Below are positions 36,375-50,689 of a stretch of DNA of 64,000 bases, one piece after another. Within the stretch, counting starts at the first letter, position 1. Every line of letters starts with the position of its first letter. Source of the DNA: Antedon mediterranea (Eukaryota > Animalia > Echinodermata); contig NC_092673.1 of assembly GCF_964355755.1 (NCBI RefSeq), forward strand, positions 17,853,648 to 17,917,647, read 5' to 3'. The translations under genes were made by a program, and so were the position numbers. The notes under the pieces are model-generated. The model had not been told where the DNA came from, ran no database searches, and was given only the letters and a program-made list of their open reading frames with translations.

Positions 36375-36672
36375 TGTTGTGATTTTAGGTCGGTGCTGGA
36401 ATGGCCTGATAATGAAAGCTACTAGGCTTACCTTAACAGTCCCGCTTGTCCTAAATCACACAAGTATCCGTAAGCAGTAAATCCAAATATCTTGGTCAAT
36501 TCCGGTTGTGTCCGTTTCTCCTCGGTTCCTGCTTCGAATAGACCAGCTCGGGCGGCGTCGAGGTCCCACGTTAACATTTGCATACCCCCTGTATGCAAAT
36601 CAAGCTATCGGGGCGACGCCCTCGTTCGGTCGGCGGGGTGGTCTGTTTACCCAGCGGGCGCCGTTCACAACA
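36375..36672 (-). repeat. 5' LTR
   Basis: Direct repeat of 29607-29904, adjacent to the PBS. Confidence 0.95.
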
Positions 36673-37083
36673 TTTGTATATGAATGGAGAAAAAATATAT
36701 TATATGTAAGCTTTTTAACCAACCAATCAGAACTTAGTTGACGTCGTTTCTATACTTGTATAACCACATAACAAACAGGCCTTCCATTGGGTTTCCCTGA
36801 TCTCACAACAAGCATTCAAACACAGCGTTGTGGTCTTTCATTTAAAAAAAAACATAGTGTGGTGGTCTTTTGTGTTCATGATGCATCAAACAACTACAAT
36901 GCACTGTAAAGTTTGACGTGATGCGTAAAAAACTACTGAACTTTTCTATTTAATACTGAAATTTACTTTAACAATTTGAGAACTTGCAATGCACATAGAA
37001 TATGATCATGGACCTATCTAATTTATAGGTCTATGGTATGATAAAGAAATTGGTACACTATTTAAAAAGTGTAATAAGGGATC

Positions 37084-38790
37084 ATCTCACAGTGTGTTGA
37101 TTGACTTGGTACTGTACACCATTCACTGTGGCTGCTGTGTACAATCTCACAGTGTGTTGATTGACTTGGTACTGTACACCATGCACTGTGGCTGCTGTGT
37201 ACAATCTCACAGTGTGTTGATTGACTTGGTACTGTACACCATGCACTGTGGCTGCTGTGTACAATCTCACAGTGTATTGATTGACTTGGTACTGTACACC
37301 ATGCACTGTGGCTGCTGTGTACAATCTCACAGTGTGTTGATTGACTTGGTAATGTACACCATGCACTGTGGCTGCTGTGTACAATCTCACAGTGTGTTGA
37401 TTGACTTGGTACTGTACACCATGCACTGTGGCTGCTGTGTACAATCTCACAGTGTGTTGATTGACTTGGTAATGTACACCATGCACTGTGGCTGCTGTGT
37501 ACAATCTCACAGTGTGTTGATTAACTTGGTACTGTACACCAAAACCTAAGATCACGAAAGCTAAGACCCAGACCTAAAAGACTTAGAAGATTACAAATAT
37601 TTATTTTTCGCACCTGCCTTGTATTTTAACTCCAAACATTTATTCTGAATACCACACCTTAGTTAGAATTGGCACTTTCATGAAAAAGAATCACATAAAA
37701 AGTAACAAATACATTTTTAAATTGATGATTTTACAGAAGTTTTTCTCGCACACAAAATGACTAGCCTACAGTACAGTAGGCCTACCCCATGTTCAATGTT
37801 TTTGTTTCTATGGAACGTAAAAAGAGCAAAAATTATATAGAGGGCTGAAAACTCTGTGGAGTCCATCTACAGTGTGGATGGAACAATGTAAAATTAAAAT
37901 TGTAATGATAATAGTATAATCATGCAAGTACGAAGAAATAAATACTGGCAAATAAATTTTAATTTAAAAATCATGATAAGTTTTTTTGTTTCGTTTTCTT
38001 TCTGTTTTTATACTTGTACTATTATTGTTGCTCTTTTGGCGCTCCATAGAAACAAAAACATTGAGCATGGGGAGCTCGAGGAGTTACATTACAGTATACA
38101 AAGAAACACATCTGTAAAATCATCAATTTAAAGGATTTATTTATTTGTTATTATGTGTTTCTCCTTCTGAAAGTACTTATAAGTCCTAATTTTAAAGTGT
38201 GGTGTTCAGGATAAAGTTAGTCAACAAATTTGGAGTCAAAATACAAGAAAGGCAGGTGCGTAAGAAAAACATCCTCTGAACCAACACAATGGAGTAAATA
38301 TATACCAACAAACAACCCGTCAAGTTTGTTTGTTGTAAAGAAAAAATATACATTTACTCAACGGGCGAAAATAATGTGAGTTTATCTATGTTTTGCGGTA
38401 GTATTAAATTATATTTATGGTAATAAATTAAACCTACTGTGTTTAAAATTATGTATGGATAAACAAGTATTGTTTTTAAGCTGTAGTATATCTTAGTATT
38501 TGTAATCTTAGGTGTTGGGTCTTAGCTTTCGTGATCTTAGGTCTTAGGGGGTCTTAGCTTTCGTGGTCTTAGGTTTCGTGACACCCCCATGCACTGTGGC
38601 TGCTGTGTACAATCTCACAGTGTGTTGATTGACTTGGTACTATAGACCATGTACTGTGGCTGCTGTGTACAATCTCACAGTGTGTTGATTGACTTGGTAC
38701 TGTACACCATGCACTGTGGCTGCTGTGTACAATCTCACAGTGTGTTGATTGACTTGGTACTGTAAACCATGCACTGTGGCTGCTGTGAGT
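37084..38790. repeat. 60-bp minisatellite in two blocks (37084-37540, ~7.6 copies; ~38586-38790, ~3.4 copies)
   Basis: Unit aatctcacagtgtgttgattgacttggtactgtacaccatgcactgtggctgctgtgtac; copies align in register between 60-nt lines. Confidence 0.95.
37541..38588. mobile_element. ~1-kb foldback/MITE inserted in the 60-bp minisatellite
   Basis: Inverted arms: cctaagatcacgaaagctaagaccc / gggtcttagctttcgtgatcttagg; gcacctgcctt..ctccaaa / tttggag..aaggcaggtgc; cccatgttcaatgtttttgtttctatgga / tccatagaaacaaaaacattgagcatggg. Confidence 0.85.
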
Positions 38791-38883
38791 ACAGTATATG
38801 CCATATCTGAATTTCCTCAACTCAGAGGATGAATGCGACTATACATTTATGATACAGTTTTGTCACAATTGTGTGCATTACTG

Positions 38884-41800
38884 TTATTGGTTATCCGCAA
38901 CGAAGTTGCAGGATAACCTCTTGTGATTGTACGAAATCATCATCAACATCAACTTTTTATTAGTTATCCGCACTCAGCGGATAACTCCTTGTAACTGTCC
39001 TGTTTCATCATCTTTTTTTTTTTTTTTTCTGTATTCTTCTTTCTTTCTGTCATTTTTGTGCAGAGCATATCTCAAAAACGTGTAAAGTTAACATTTCATA
39101 ACTTTGTCAACATATGGGCATTCACGTGAAGTTGTGCTTTTTTATTTTTGAATGACGTCAGAATTGCGCAACATGACTTACGCGCGTTTTAACGAATTTC
39201 GCGTATTTAACATAAATCAAAAACCATATAACAATTAAAATTGAAACTTAGCAAAAGTTTAATTTATATTCTGCGCTAACTGACTGTGGGAAAAAAATGG
39301 CATGTTTCACACGAAGTTACGCGCGCACGCACGTTTAAAATTGAAAAATGCGAAAAATCAATTTCTAATCAACTTTCTACGCGTTTCATGTGATTTTGAG
39401 CATGTAAAAAATTCCCACTCGCGCGCATATTTTTACGCGCGTGGTGCGCACGTAGCGTTGAAAACTATTTTTTTCGCGTGATTTAGGTTTTTCCAGCCTT
39501 TTCTAGTAATTTTACCAACTTTTAAACGATTTCGACTTAAAATCACGTCATACGAGCCCGTAGAATTGGATAATTTATGTGCGTTTTTTATGAAAAAGTT
39601 CAAAAATTCATCAAAATTTGTCAAAATTATACCTTTTTTTAAACAGTTGTAGTTTCTAAACTAAACGGTAAAAGTTGTTTTTATTACGTATTCTGGAAGA
39701 TGATGAGTTGTAGATATCGTATCATGCATCAATATGGCTAACCGGACATTATGACGTCATCGTATGGCCACTCGAATATAAAATATAGGGATTTTTTCTC
39801 TTTTGTCATAGCGCATCACATTTAATAGAGCGCATCTCCACTTATCCGTTTTCCATTTTCACCCCGATTTTGATATTGTCTAGGTCAATCAACTATCCTT
39901 TGCATGAGTTAAAAATATTTTAATTTTTATGACGTCATCATGCCTACAAATTTAAATTACGTGTGCCTTTAATTTCATCTTTACAGTAAATTTTAATCTG
40001 TTATAGCTCGTACGAATAAAATGTGATAATCACGATTAAAACGTTTTCTGGAAGCTATTGGATTGTAGATACAAAATCATGTAAAAATTTTGCCATTTGG
40101 ATGTTTTGAGACGTCATCATATGGCCAGTTAAATAAGAAAAGTCGTATTTTCATCTTTTGCGTCATAATTCATTACATTTAAAAGAGCGTGCACCAATAT
40201 TTTACGTATTTAAATTTCTTCTACACATTAATATGTTGTTGCCGAGATAATTTCCTTCCGAAATTGCAACCTTATTGTTTCATTTTGATACCGTCTCCAT
40301 GTTAAAAATTGAAATAAATGGCGGGTCCCGTAATTTCACCTATTCTACACTGTATATAATATATATACAGATTATACTGTTTGTACTATATACTATATGA
40401 CACAAAATTGACAGAATTCAGCACTAACAACATATCATATTCATCAGTTCAGGTCATAATGCCATAATCTTTTTCTGTGTGGAATATTCCAATGTATGAC
40501 GTGCACGTGGCGTTTGTCGTGCGGATAACTAACTCGTCAAAGTGACGAGTTACATGTCTAGTTAGTTATCCGCACTATGGCGGATAACTCCTTGTAACTG
40601 TCCTGTTTCATCATCTTTTTTTTTTTCTGTATTATTAGTTATCCGCATTCAGCGGATAACTCCTTGTAACTGTCCTGTGTCTTTTTTTTTTTTTTCATTG
40701 GTTATCCGCAACGAAGTTGCAGGATAACCTCTTGTGATTGTACGAAATCATCATCAACATCAACTTTTTATTGGTTATCCGCAACGAAGTTGCAGGATAA
40801 CCTCTTGTGATTGTACGAAATCATCATCAACATCATCAACTTTTTATTTCTCTTCTTTCTTTCTGTATGATTTTTGTGGCACGCTTTTCTCTAAAACTTG
40901 CAAACATAACATTTTGTGAACTATGTTAACATTTTGACATTTATGTAACGTCGTCAAGCGAAGCTTTTCATGATGTTTACAATTGCGCAACGTGACGTAC
41001 GCGCGATTTAACGATTTTCTCGTATTTAACATATGTCGAAAACCAAATAACATTTTAAAGTGAAACTTTGCAAAAGTTTAATTTATATCATGCGCTAACT
41101 TTCTGTTGAAAAAAAATTGCGTGTTTTACACAAAGTTACGCGCGCACGCGCATTTAAAATTTCAAAATGCGCAAAATTAATTTATAATCAATTTTCTACG
41201 CGTTTCATGTCGTTTTAAGCATGTCAAAAATTCCCACGCATGCGCACATTTTTACGTGTGCGGTGCGCACGTAGCATTGAAAACGTATTTTTTTCGCGTG
41301 ATTTATGTTTTTCCAGCCTTTTCTAGTAATTTTACCAAATTTTAAACAATTTCGACTTAAAGATACGTCATACGAGCACGTCGAATTGGAAAATTTGCGC
41401 GCGTTTTTTATGAAAAGGTTAAACAATTCGTTTAAAATATGCCTTTTTTTAAACAGTGGTAATTTCTAAACTAGACGGTCAACTTTTTGTGGATGACATA
41501 TTCTGGAAGTAGATGAGTTGTAGATGTCGGATCAGGTATTAATATGGCTAACCGGACATTGTGACGTCATCGTATGGCCACGCGAATATAAAATTTAGGA
41601 TTTTTGTATCTTTCGTCATAGCTCATCACATTGAATAGAGCGCATCTCCACTTATCCGTTTTCCATTTTCACCCCGATTTTGATATTGTCTAGGTCAATC
41701 AACTATCTTTCGCATGAGTTAAAAATATTTTAATTTTTTTGACGTCATCATGCCTAAAAATTTATATCACGTGTGGCATCAATTTCATCTTTACAGTAAA

Positions 41801-44800
41801 TTTTAATCTGTTATAGCTCGTAAGAATAAAATGTGATAATCACGATTAAAACTTTTTCTGGAAGCTATTGGATTGTAGATACGAAATTATGTAAAAATGT
41901 TGCCAATCGGATGTTGTGACGTCATCATATGGCCAGTTAAATAAAAAAGGTCGTATTTTCATCTTTTGCGTCATAATTCATTACATTTAAAAGAGCGCGC
42001 ATCAATATTTCACGTATTCAAATTTCTTCTACACGCTAATACGTTGTTGCTGAGATAATTTCCTTTCGGAATTGCTACCTTCGCGTTTCATTTTAAAACC
42101 GTCAACATGTTAAAAATTGCAATAACTAGCGGGTCCGTAATTTCACCTATTCTACACTGTATGTGATATGGATACAGATTATACTGTGTATACTATATAT
42201 GAATTTAAATAATAAAATTCAACAATAACAACATATCATATTCTTCAGTTCAGGTCATAATGCCAACGTGAACAGTTCCTTTTGTCCTCAACCTATCCCC
42301 TTAATGTTAATGTTGCACCACTTGCGCGGCGGATAACCAAACTCGTCAAAGTGACGAGTTACATGTCTAGTTGGTTATCCGCAACGAAGTTGCAGGATAA
42401 CCTCTTGTGATTGTACGAAATCATCAACATCAACTTTTTATTAGTTATCCGCACTTGGCGGATAACTCCTTGTTATTGTATGGGATCAATATTTTTTGGT
42501 TATCCGCAACGAAGTTGCAGGATAACCTCTTGTGATTGTACGAAATCATCATCATCATCATCATCATCAACTTTTTATTCTTCTTCTTTCTTTCTGTATG
42601 ATTTTTGTGTAACGCTTTTCTCTAAAACTCGCAAACATAACATTTCGGTAACTATCTTAACATATTGACATTTACGTAACGTCGTCAAGCGAAGCTTTTC
42701 ATGACGTTTAGAATTGCGCAACGTGACTTACGCGCGATTTAACGATTTTGTCGTATTTAACATAGCTCGACAACCAAATAACATTTCAACATGAAACTTT
42801 GCAAAAGTTTAATTTATATCATGCGCTAACTTTCTGTTGAAAAAAAATTGCGTGTTTTACACAAAGTTACGCGCGCACGCGCATTTAAAATTTCAAAATG
42901 CGCAAAATTAATTTATAATCAACTTTCTACGCGTTTCATGTCGTGTTAAGCATGTCAAAAATTTCCACGCGTGCGCACATTTTTACGTGTGCGGTGCGCA
43001 CGTAGCATTGAAAACGTATTTTTTTCGCGTGATTTATGTTTTTCCAGCCTTTTCTAGTAATTTTACCAAATTTTAAACAATTTCGACTTAAAGATACGTC
43101 ATACGAGCACGTCGAATTGGACAATTTGCGCGCGTTTTTATGAAAATGTTAAAAAATTCGTTTAAAATATGCCTTTTTTTAAACAATCGTAATTTTTAAA
43201 CTAGACGGTCAAATTTTTGTGGATGACATTTTCTAGAAGTAGATGAGTTGTAGATATCGGATCAGGTATTAATATGGCTAACCGGACATTGTGACGTCAT
43301 CGTATGGCCACGCGAATATAAAATTTAGGATTTTTGTATCTTTCGTCATAGCTCATCACATTGAATAGAGCGCATCTCCACTTATCCGTTTTCCATTTTC
43401 ACCCCGATTTTGATATTGTCTAGGTCAATCAAGTATCTTTCGCATGAGTTAAAAATATTTTAATTTTTTTGACGTCATCATGCCTAAAAATTTAAATCAC
43501 GTGTGGCATCAATTTCATCTTTACAGTAAATTTTAATCTGTTATAGCTCGTAAGAATAAAATGTGATAATCACGATTAAAACTTTTTCTGGAAGCTATTG
43601 GATTGTAGATACGAAATTATATAAAAATGTTGCCGATCGGATGTTGTGACGTCATCATATGGCCAGTTAAATAAAAAAGGTCGTATTTTCATCTTTTGCG
43701 TCATAATTCATTACATTTAAAAGAGCGCGCATCAATATTTCACGTATTCAAATTTCTTCTACACGCTAATACGTTGTTGCTGAGATAATTTCCTTTCGGA
43801 ATTGCTACCTTCGCGTTTCATTTTAAAACCGTCAACATGTTAAAAATTGCAATAAATAGCGGGTCCCGTAATTTCACCTATTCTACACTGTATGTGATAT
43901 GGATACAGATTATACTGTGTATACTATATATGAATTTAAATAATAAAATTCAGCAATAACAACATATCATATTCTTCACTTCAGGTCATAATGCCAACGT
44001 GAACACTTCCTTTTGTCCTCACAACCTATCCCCTTAATGTTAATGTTGCACCACTTGCGCGGCGGATAACCAAACTCGTCAAAGTGACGAGTTACATGTC
44101 TAGTTTCTGTATTATTCTTCTTTCTTTCTCGCTATTTTTGTGTAGAGCGTTTCTCTAAAATGTGTAAACATAACATTTTATAACTTTGACAACATGTGGG
44201 CATTTACGTGAAGTTGTGCACCTCCTATTTTTGAATTACGTCAGAGTTGCGCAACGTGACTTACGCGCGATTTTATGATTTTTTATGATTGATCATAGAT
44301 TAAAAACTAAAAGTGATTTTTAATTGACACTTTGTGAAAGTTTAATTTATATCATGCGCTAACTTTCTGTTTGAAAAAAATTGCGTGTTTTACACAAAGT
44401 TACGCGCGCACGCGCATTTAAAATTTCAAAATGCGCAAAAATAATTTCTAATCAACTTTCTACGCGTTTCATGTCATTTTAAGCATGTACAAAATTACCA
44501 CGCGCGCGAAAAATATTACGCGCACGGTGCGCATAGAGCATGAAAATCATGTTTTTTTCTCTTGAATTGTGATTTTCCAGCCTTTCCTAGTCATTTTCAA
44601 AAAGATTGACATCATTTCAAATAAAAATTACGTCATACGAACACGTTGATTTAGCCCATTTGCGCGCGTTTTAGTTGAAAAAGTTACAAAATGTTGTCAA
44701 AATTATGCCTATTTTGAATGTTGTATAGCTTCTCAGGATCAACGATTACCCCTAATTTTTTTAACTTAATATGTAAGCAGATATGTCGTAGATATGAATT

Positions 44801-47800
44801 CATGCAGAATTTTTACCTCACGGATGTTGTGACGTCATCATATGGCCACACGAATGTAAAATATAGGATTTTTTTGGCTTTCGTTATTGCTCATCACATT
44901 CAATGGAGCGCATCACGCTTATATGTATTTCTTTTTCTCCGAGATTTTAATATTGTCTAGGTCAATCAACTATCTTTCGCATGAGATAAAAATATTTTAA
45001 TTTTTATGACGTCATCATGCCTAAAAATTTTAATTACGTGGGTCATTAATTTCATCTTTACAGTAAATTTTAATCTGTAATAGCCCATCAAAATAAAATG
45101 TGATAATCACGATTAAAACATTTTCTGGAAGCTCTTGGATTGTAGATATGAAATCATGTGAACATTTTGCCAATCAGATGCTGTGACGTCATCATATTGC
45201 CAGTTAAATAAAAAAAGTCGTATTTTCATCTTTTGCATCATAGTTCATTATATTTAAAAGAGCGCGCATCAATATTAAACGTATTCAAATTTCTTCTACA
45301 CGTTAATATGTTGTTGCTGAGATAATTTGCTTCCGAAATTGCTATCTTAGTGTTTCATCTTGATACCGTCGCCATGTTACAAATTTGAATAAATGGCGGG
45401 TCCCGTAATTTCACCTATTCTACACTGTATGTAACATGTATACAGATTATACTGTTTGCATGTATATACTATATGACACAAAATTGACAGAATTCAGCAC
45501 TAACAACATATCATATTCTTCAGATCAGGTCATAATGCCATAATTTTTTCTGTGTGCAATATTCTAACGTATGACGTGCACGTGGCGTTTGTCGTGCGGA
45601 TAACTAACTCGTCAAAGTGACGAGTTACATGTCTAGTTGGTTATCCGCAACGAAGTTGCAGGATAACCTCTTGTGATTGTACGAAATCATCATCATCTTT
45701 TTTGTCATCTTCTTTCTTTCTGTATGATTTTTGTGTAACGCTTTTCTCTAAAACTTGCAAACATAACATTTTGTTAACTATGTTAACATTTTGACATTTA
45801 CGTAACGTCGTCAAGCGAAGCTTTTCATGATGTTTACAATCGCGCAACGTGACGTACGCGCGATTTAACGATTTTCTCGTATTTAACATATGTCGAAAAC
45901 CAAATAACATTTTAAAGTGAAACTTTGCAAAAGTTTAATTTATATCATGCCCTAACTTTCTGTTGAAAAAAAATTGCGTGTTTTACACAAAGTTACGCGC
46001 GCACGCGCATTTAAAATTTCAAAATGCGCAAAATTAATTTATAATCAACTTTCTACGCGTTTCATGTCGTTTTGAGCATGTCAAAAATTCCCACGCGTGC
46101 GCACATTTTTACGTGTACGGTGAGCACGTAGCATTGAAAACGTATTTTTTTCGCGTGATTTATGTTTTTCCAGCCTTTTCTAGTAATTTTACCAAATTTT
46201 AAACAATTTCGACTTAAAGATACGTCATACGAGCACGTCGAATTGGACAATTTGCGCGCGTTTTTTATGAAAAGATTAAAAAATTCGTTTAAAATATGTC
46301 TTTTTTAAAACAGTCGTAATTTCTAAACTAGACGGTCAACTTTTTGTGGATGGCATATTCTGGAATTAGATGAGTTGTAGATATCGGATCAGGTATTAAT
46401 ATGGCTAACCGGACATTGTGACGTCATCGTATGGCCACGCGAATATAAAATTTAGGATTTTTGTATCTTTCGTCATAGCTCATCACCTTGAATAGAGCGC
46501 ATCTCCACTTATCCGTTTTCCATTTTCACCCCGATTTTGATATTGTCTAGGTCAAGCAACTATCTTTCGCATGAGTTAAAAATATTTTAATTTTTTTGAC
46601 GTCATCGTGCCTAAAAATTTAAATCACGTGTGGCATTAATTTCATCTTTACAGTAAATTTTAATCTGTTATAGCTCGTAAGAATAAAATGTGATAATCAC
46701 GATTAAAACTTTGTCTGGAAGCTATTGGATTGTAGATACGAAATTATGTAAAAATGTTGCCAATCGGATGTTGTGACGTCATCATATGGCCAGTTAAATG
46801 AAAAAGGTCGTATTTTCATCTTTTGCGTCATAATTCATTACATTTAAAAGAGCGCGCATCAATATTTCACGTATTCAAATTTCTTCTACACGCTAATACG
46901 TTGTTGCTGAGATAATTTCCTTTCGGAATTGCTACCTTCGCGTTTCATTTTAAAACCGTCAACATGTTAAAAATTGCAATAAATAGCGGGTCCCGTAATT
47001 TCACCTATTCTACACTGTATGTGATATGGATACAGATTATACTGTGTATACTATATATGAATATAAATAATAAAATTCAGCAATAACAACATATCATATT
47101 CTTCAGTTCAGGTCATAATGCCAACGTGAACACCATGATGTTTGCAATTGCGCAACGTGGCGTACGCGCGATTTAACGATATTCTCGTATTTAACATATG
47201 TCGAAAACCAAATAACATTTTAAAGTGAAACTTTTCAAAAGTATAATTTATATCATGGGCTAACGTTCTGTTGGAAAAAAATGGCGTGTTTTATACAAAC
47301 TTACGCGCGCACGCGCATTTAAAATTTCAAAATGCGCAAAACTAATTTTTAATCAAGTTTCTACGTGTTTCATGTCATGTTAAGCATGTAAAAAATTCTC
47401 ACGCGTGCGTAAATGTTGACGTGTGCGGTGCGCACGTAGCATTAAAAACTTTATTTTTTCGCGTGATTTATGTTTTTCTAGCCTCTTGTAGTAATTTTAC
47501 TAACTTTTAAACAATTTCGACTTAAATGAAATGTGATAATCACAATTGAAACGTTTTCCGGAAGCTATTGGATTGTAGATACGAAATCATGTAAACATTT
47601 TGCCAATCGGATGTTGTGACGTCATCATGTGGCCAGTTAAATGAGAAAAGTCGTATTTTCATCTTTTGCATTATAATTCAATACATTTAAAAGAGCGCCC
47701 AGGAATATTTGACGTATTCCAATTTCGTCTACACACTAATATGTTGTTGCTGAAATAATATCCTTCCGGAATTGCTGTCTTTGTATTTCATTTTGATGCC

Positions 47801-47880
47801 GTCGCCATGTTAAAATTTGGTATAAATTGCGGTTCCCTTAATTTCACCTAATCTACACTGTATGTAATTTGTAAACAGAT
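38884..47880 (+). mobile_element. Nested/head-to-tail cluster of ~1.6-kb non-autonomous Helentron (HINE/Helitron2-like) elements from two subfamilies
   Basis: Left ends read tt(g/a)gttatccgc plus a hairpin. Right ends read gcggataac, hairpin aactcgtca-aag-tgacgagtt, then tctag(tt), at ~40561, 42370, 44103 and 45636. No TSD; TT junctions. Confidence 0.85.
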
Positions 47881-48809
47881 TTCTGGAATTTTCCTACCTA
47901 TTTCTATAATGTAGCAGACGAAATAAGACGTTGGTTTTACAGGATGGAGGGCGGCAAATAATGTTTTTCTCGTATCAGAGCCTGTTTGTCAGTTGCTTGT
48001 CCGGTAAGTAGAGGTGGCGAATTTGCGACCAATTTATTTGTGGAAGGAATTGGTGGCTACATATTTTTTATTTATTGAAGGAATTGGTTACTACATATAA
48101 GATGTTGGTAGCGTAGTAATATATAAGGGAGTATTATAGCATATTAAGTGGAAGGGTCGGAATTTGGCAATTGTTCGGTAAAATGTCTGTACGATACTAC
48201 ATGAATTCTGTCATGGCCACATTTTGGCGCAATAAATGACTATTAAAAGGGGCGACATTGTGCATAGGTGGTCATATTCTTGGAAATATCCCACCTGAAA
48301 TCTGTACTGAAAGCTGGCGGAGAAGTCAGGACATTACTCGGCGCGGAGACGTTAATTCGCGAATGTCTTACCTGTGTTTCAACATTTCATTACTTTATTT
48401 AATTTTATTACTACATAAGATGTTGGTAACGCAGTGATATATAAGGGAGTATTATAGCATAATAAGTGGAAGGGTCTGAATATGGCAATTGTTCGATAAA
48501 ATTTCTGTACTATAGTACAAGAATTTTGTCATGGCCAAATTTTGTCGCATTAAGTGATTATTAAAGGTGGGGAAATTTTGCAAGTTTTCTTAGAAATGTT
48601 TGAACGATAGTATATACGTATGTAAGATGTTGAAGACGCAGTATATTATATGGTGTATGTAAGGCAATGTTGATATATATGAATGGAATGTTGAATAGAG
48701 TAGATTTTTTTTGGCATTTGTTCGAGCGTTTAGCACGGTCGTTTATGAACATATGGCGCGCCAGGACGGACACAACGAATATGTGAACTACAGATAGAAT
48801 GTGTATATT

Positions 48810-49360
48810 ACATTTTGAATTCGGGAAACCGGACACTTGTATGAAAGCCTCACTTTATTAAGTTATAAGATATCATTTGAATAAATAAGAAATTAAGAAA
48901 TATATATTTACAGATTTAATTTTTATTTGCAATATGAACTTGAAAAACCGGAATGCTTGTAAAAGTCTCACCAGATTAAATTATAAGAAATATCATTTGA
49001 ATGAAATTAAAATTGAGATGCATGTACTGACAGATTGAAGTTGTATTTACATTTTAAACTTGAGAAACTGAAACACTTGTATTAAAGCGTCACCTGGTTG
49101 AATTGTAATAAATATCATTGGAATAAAATGGAAATGAAGATACATGTTTGTACAGAAGTGAATTTGTGTTTACAATATGAACTTGACAAACCGGAACAAT
49201 TGTATTATAGCCTCACTTGATGAAATTATAATAAATATCATTTGAATGAAATGGAAATTAAGATACATGTTGGTACAGATGTGTATTTGTGTTTACAATA
49301 TGAACTTGACAAACCGGAACACTTGTATTATAGCCTCACTTGATTAAATTATTGTAACTG
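48810..49360. repeat. ~120-bp diverged tandem repeat, about 5 copies
   Basis: Recurring tgaacttgacaaaccggaacacttgtatta..gcctcac..atatcatttgaat at ~120-bp spacing. Confidence 0.8.
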
Positions 49361-50689
49361 TCATCAGAATAAGAATAGCAAGATAGCTGATGTACTTCTT
49401 AAATATACTAAACCTAACCCTCTAAATAATCTCTCTCATCTATTTAAAATAACATGTTCTTGAAAGACCTCGAACCGAGGGCTGCAGCGTAATAGGTTGA
49501 AGCCTTTACCACTAGAGCAAATATTTCGGTTGGCAAACGCTGTTTACACAAATTATTTAATATCTCTGCATGCTTATATAGCGCCCTCTCTAATGTGGCA
49601 TATTATGTCATAATTATATTATGATGAATTTTATATGATTTCTGGCTTATCCTGACGAATAAAGAAAATTTCGCCCCCCGGCTTGCAATTTTCTTCTTTG
49701 TGGGCTTACAGCAGAAACTGTCGGTAAGGTTCAGCGTGTTCAGAACATTGGTGCCCGTTTGATTCGTCAAATCCCAATATATCAAAGCATTCCACCAGTA
49801 TTGAAACATGTACATTTTTCAATCAACTATCTTTCGCTTGAGTTAAACTATTTAACTTTGCGCTATAGTAAATTGAACATTCCTAATATTATTATTATTT
49901 TAAAAATTAAGTTAAGGTACATGTATTTACATATTGAACGTGAAAAACCGAACACTTGTATGAAGCTCATGTTAATTATTATAAATGCTTTAATATATAT
50001 TGATGTTTCATTTATAGGCCTACATATTCACAACACTGCACACTATTTAATGTAGAAGTAGTAATGCTATGCCGAATGAGATCCTGCCAAGATTATTCAC
50101 CAAAAATGGGTGGTCATAATATTCGGGAATCAGGAACACTTATAGTTGGTCATAATATTCGGAAATCTGGAACACTTGTAGTATAGCCTCAATTGATGCA
50201 ATCATAATAATTACCACCTGAATGAAATAAAACAGATATATGTATAATAGTTATTAAAGTAGTAGCAAATAAAACGGATGGCGTGTTCAGTGTATAGAAT
50301 GTCAGTTATGATTATTTTCAATGCCTTAATACGTAGTGATGTTTTTGTAATTCGTATTCACTACTATGCATTACTACTATACATGTACCGGTAATGTAGG
50401 TGTAATGCTATTTCGAATGAAATCCTCCCAAGGTGTTTTGCTCGAAATACGTGGTCGTAATCTTGGGAAGATCCCACCTGAAATCCGTACTAAAAGCTGG
50501 CGGAGAAGTCAGAACATTATTCGGCGCAGGAACGTTAATTCCAAAATCTCTTACCTGTAATATTTTGGATGGATAAGCGTGCCTATTCGTGGTCATCTGT
50601 TTAAAATTTGTGTCATTACGTGCAATTCAATTAATAACATGGCTCCAACTTTTCCGTTTGATGTCATGTCTTCATAAAAGCCAAAACGA

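Larger units (their letters stand above)
29607..36672 (-). mobile_element. Non-autonomous Gypsy-like LTR retrotransposon (7066 bp), very recent insertion
   Basis: 298-bp LTRs with TGTTGTG..CACAACA ends; one mismatch seen by eye; 4-bp TSD TTTG; PBS present; no pol. Confidence 0.95.

Noticed and set aside
37082-37555. Cys/His-rich repeat proteins on both strands
   Set aside because: Stop-free translations of the 60-bp minisatellite; no gene context.
39433-46250. Repeated short ORFs (GKITRKGWKN..., MLFGFRHMLN...)
   Set aside because: They recur only because the non-autonomous element is repeated; no domain signature and variable starts.
49465-49520. tRNA gene on the - strand
   Set aside because: Only degenerate A/B-box-like traces and no acceptor stem; at best a SINE relic.
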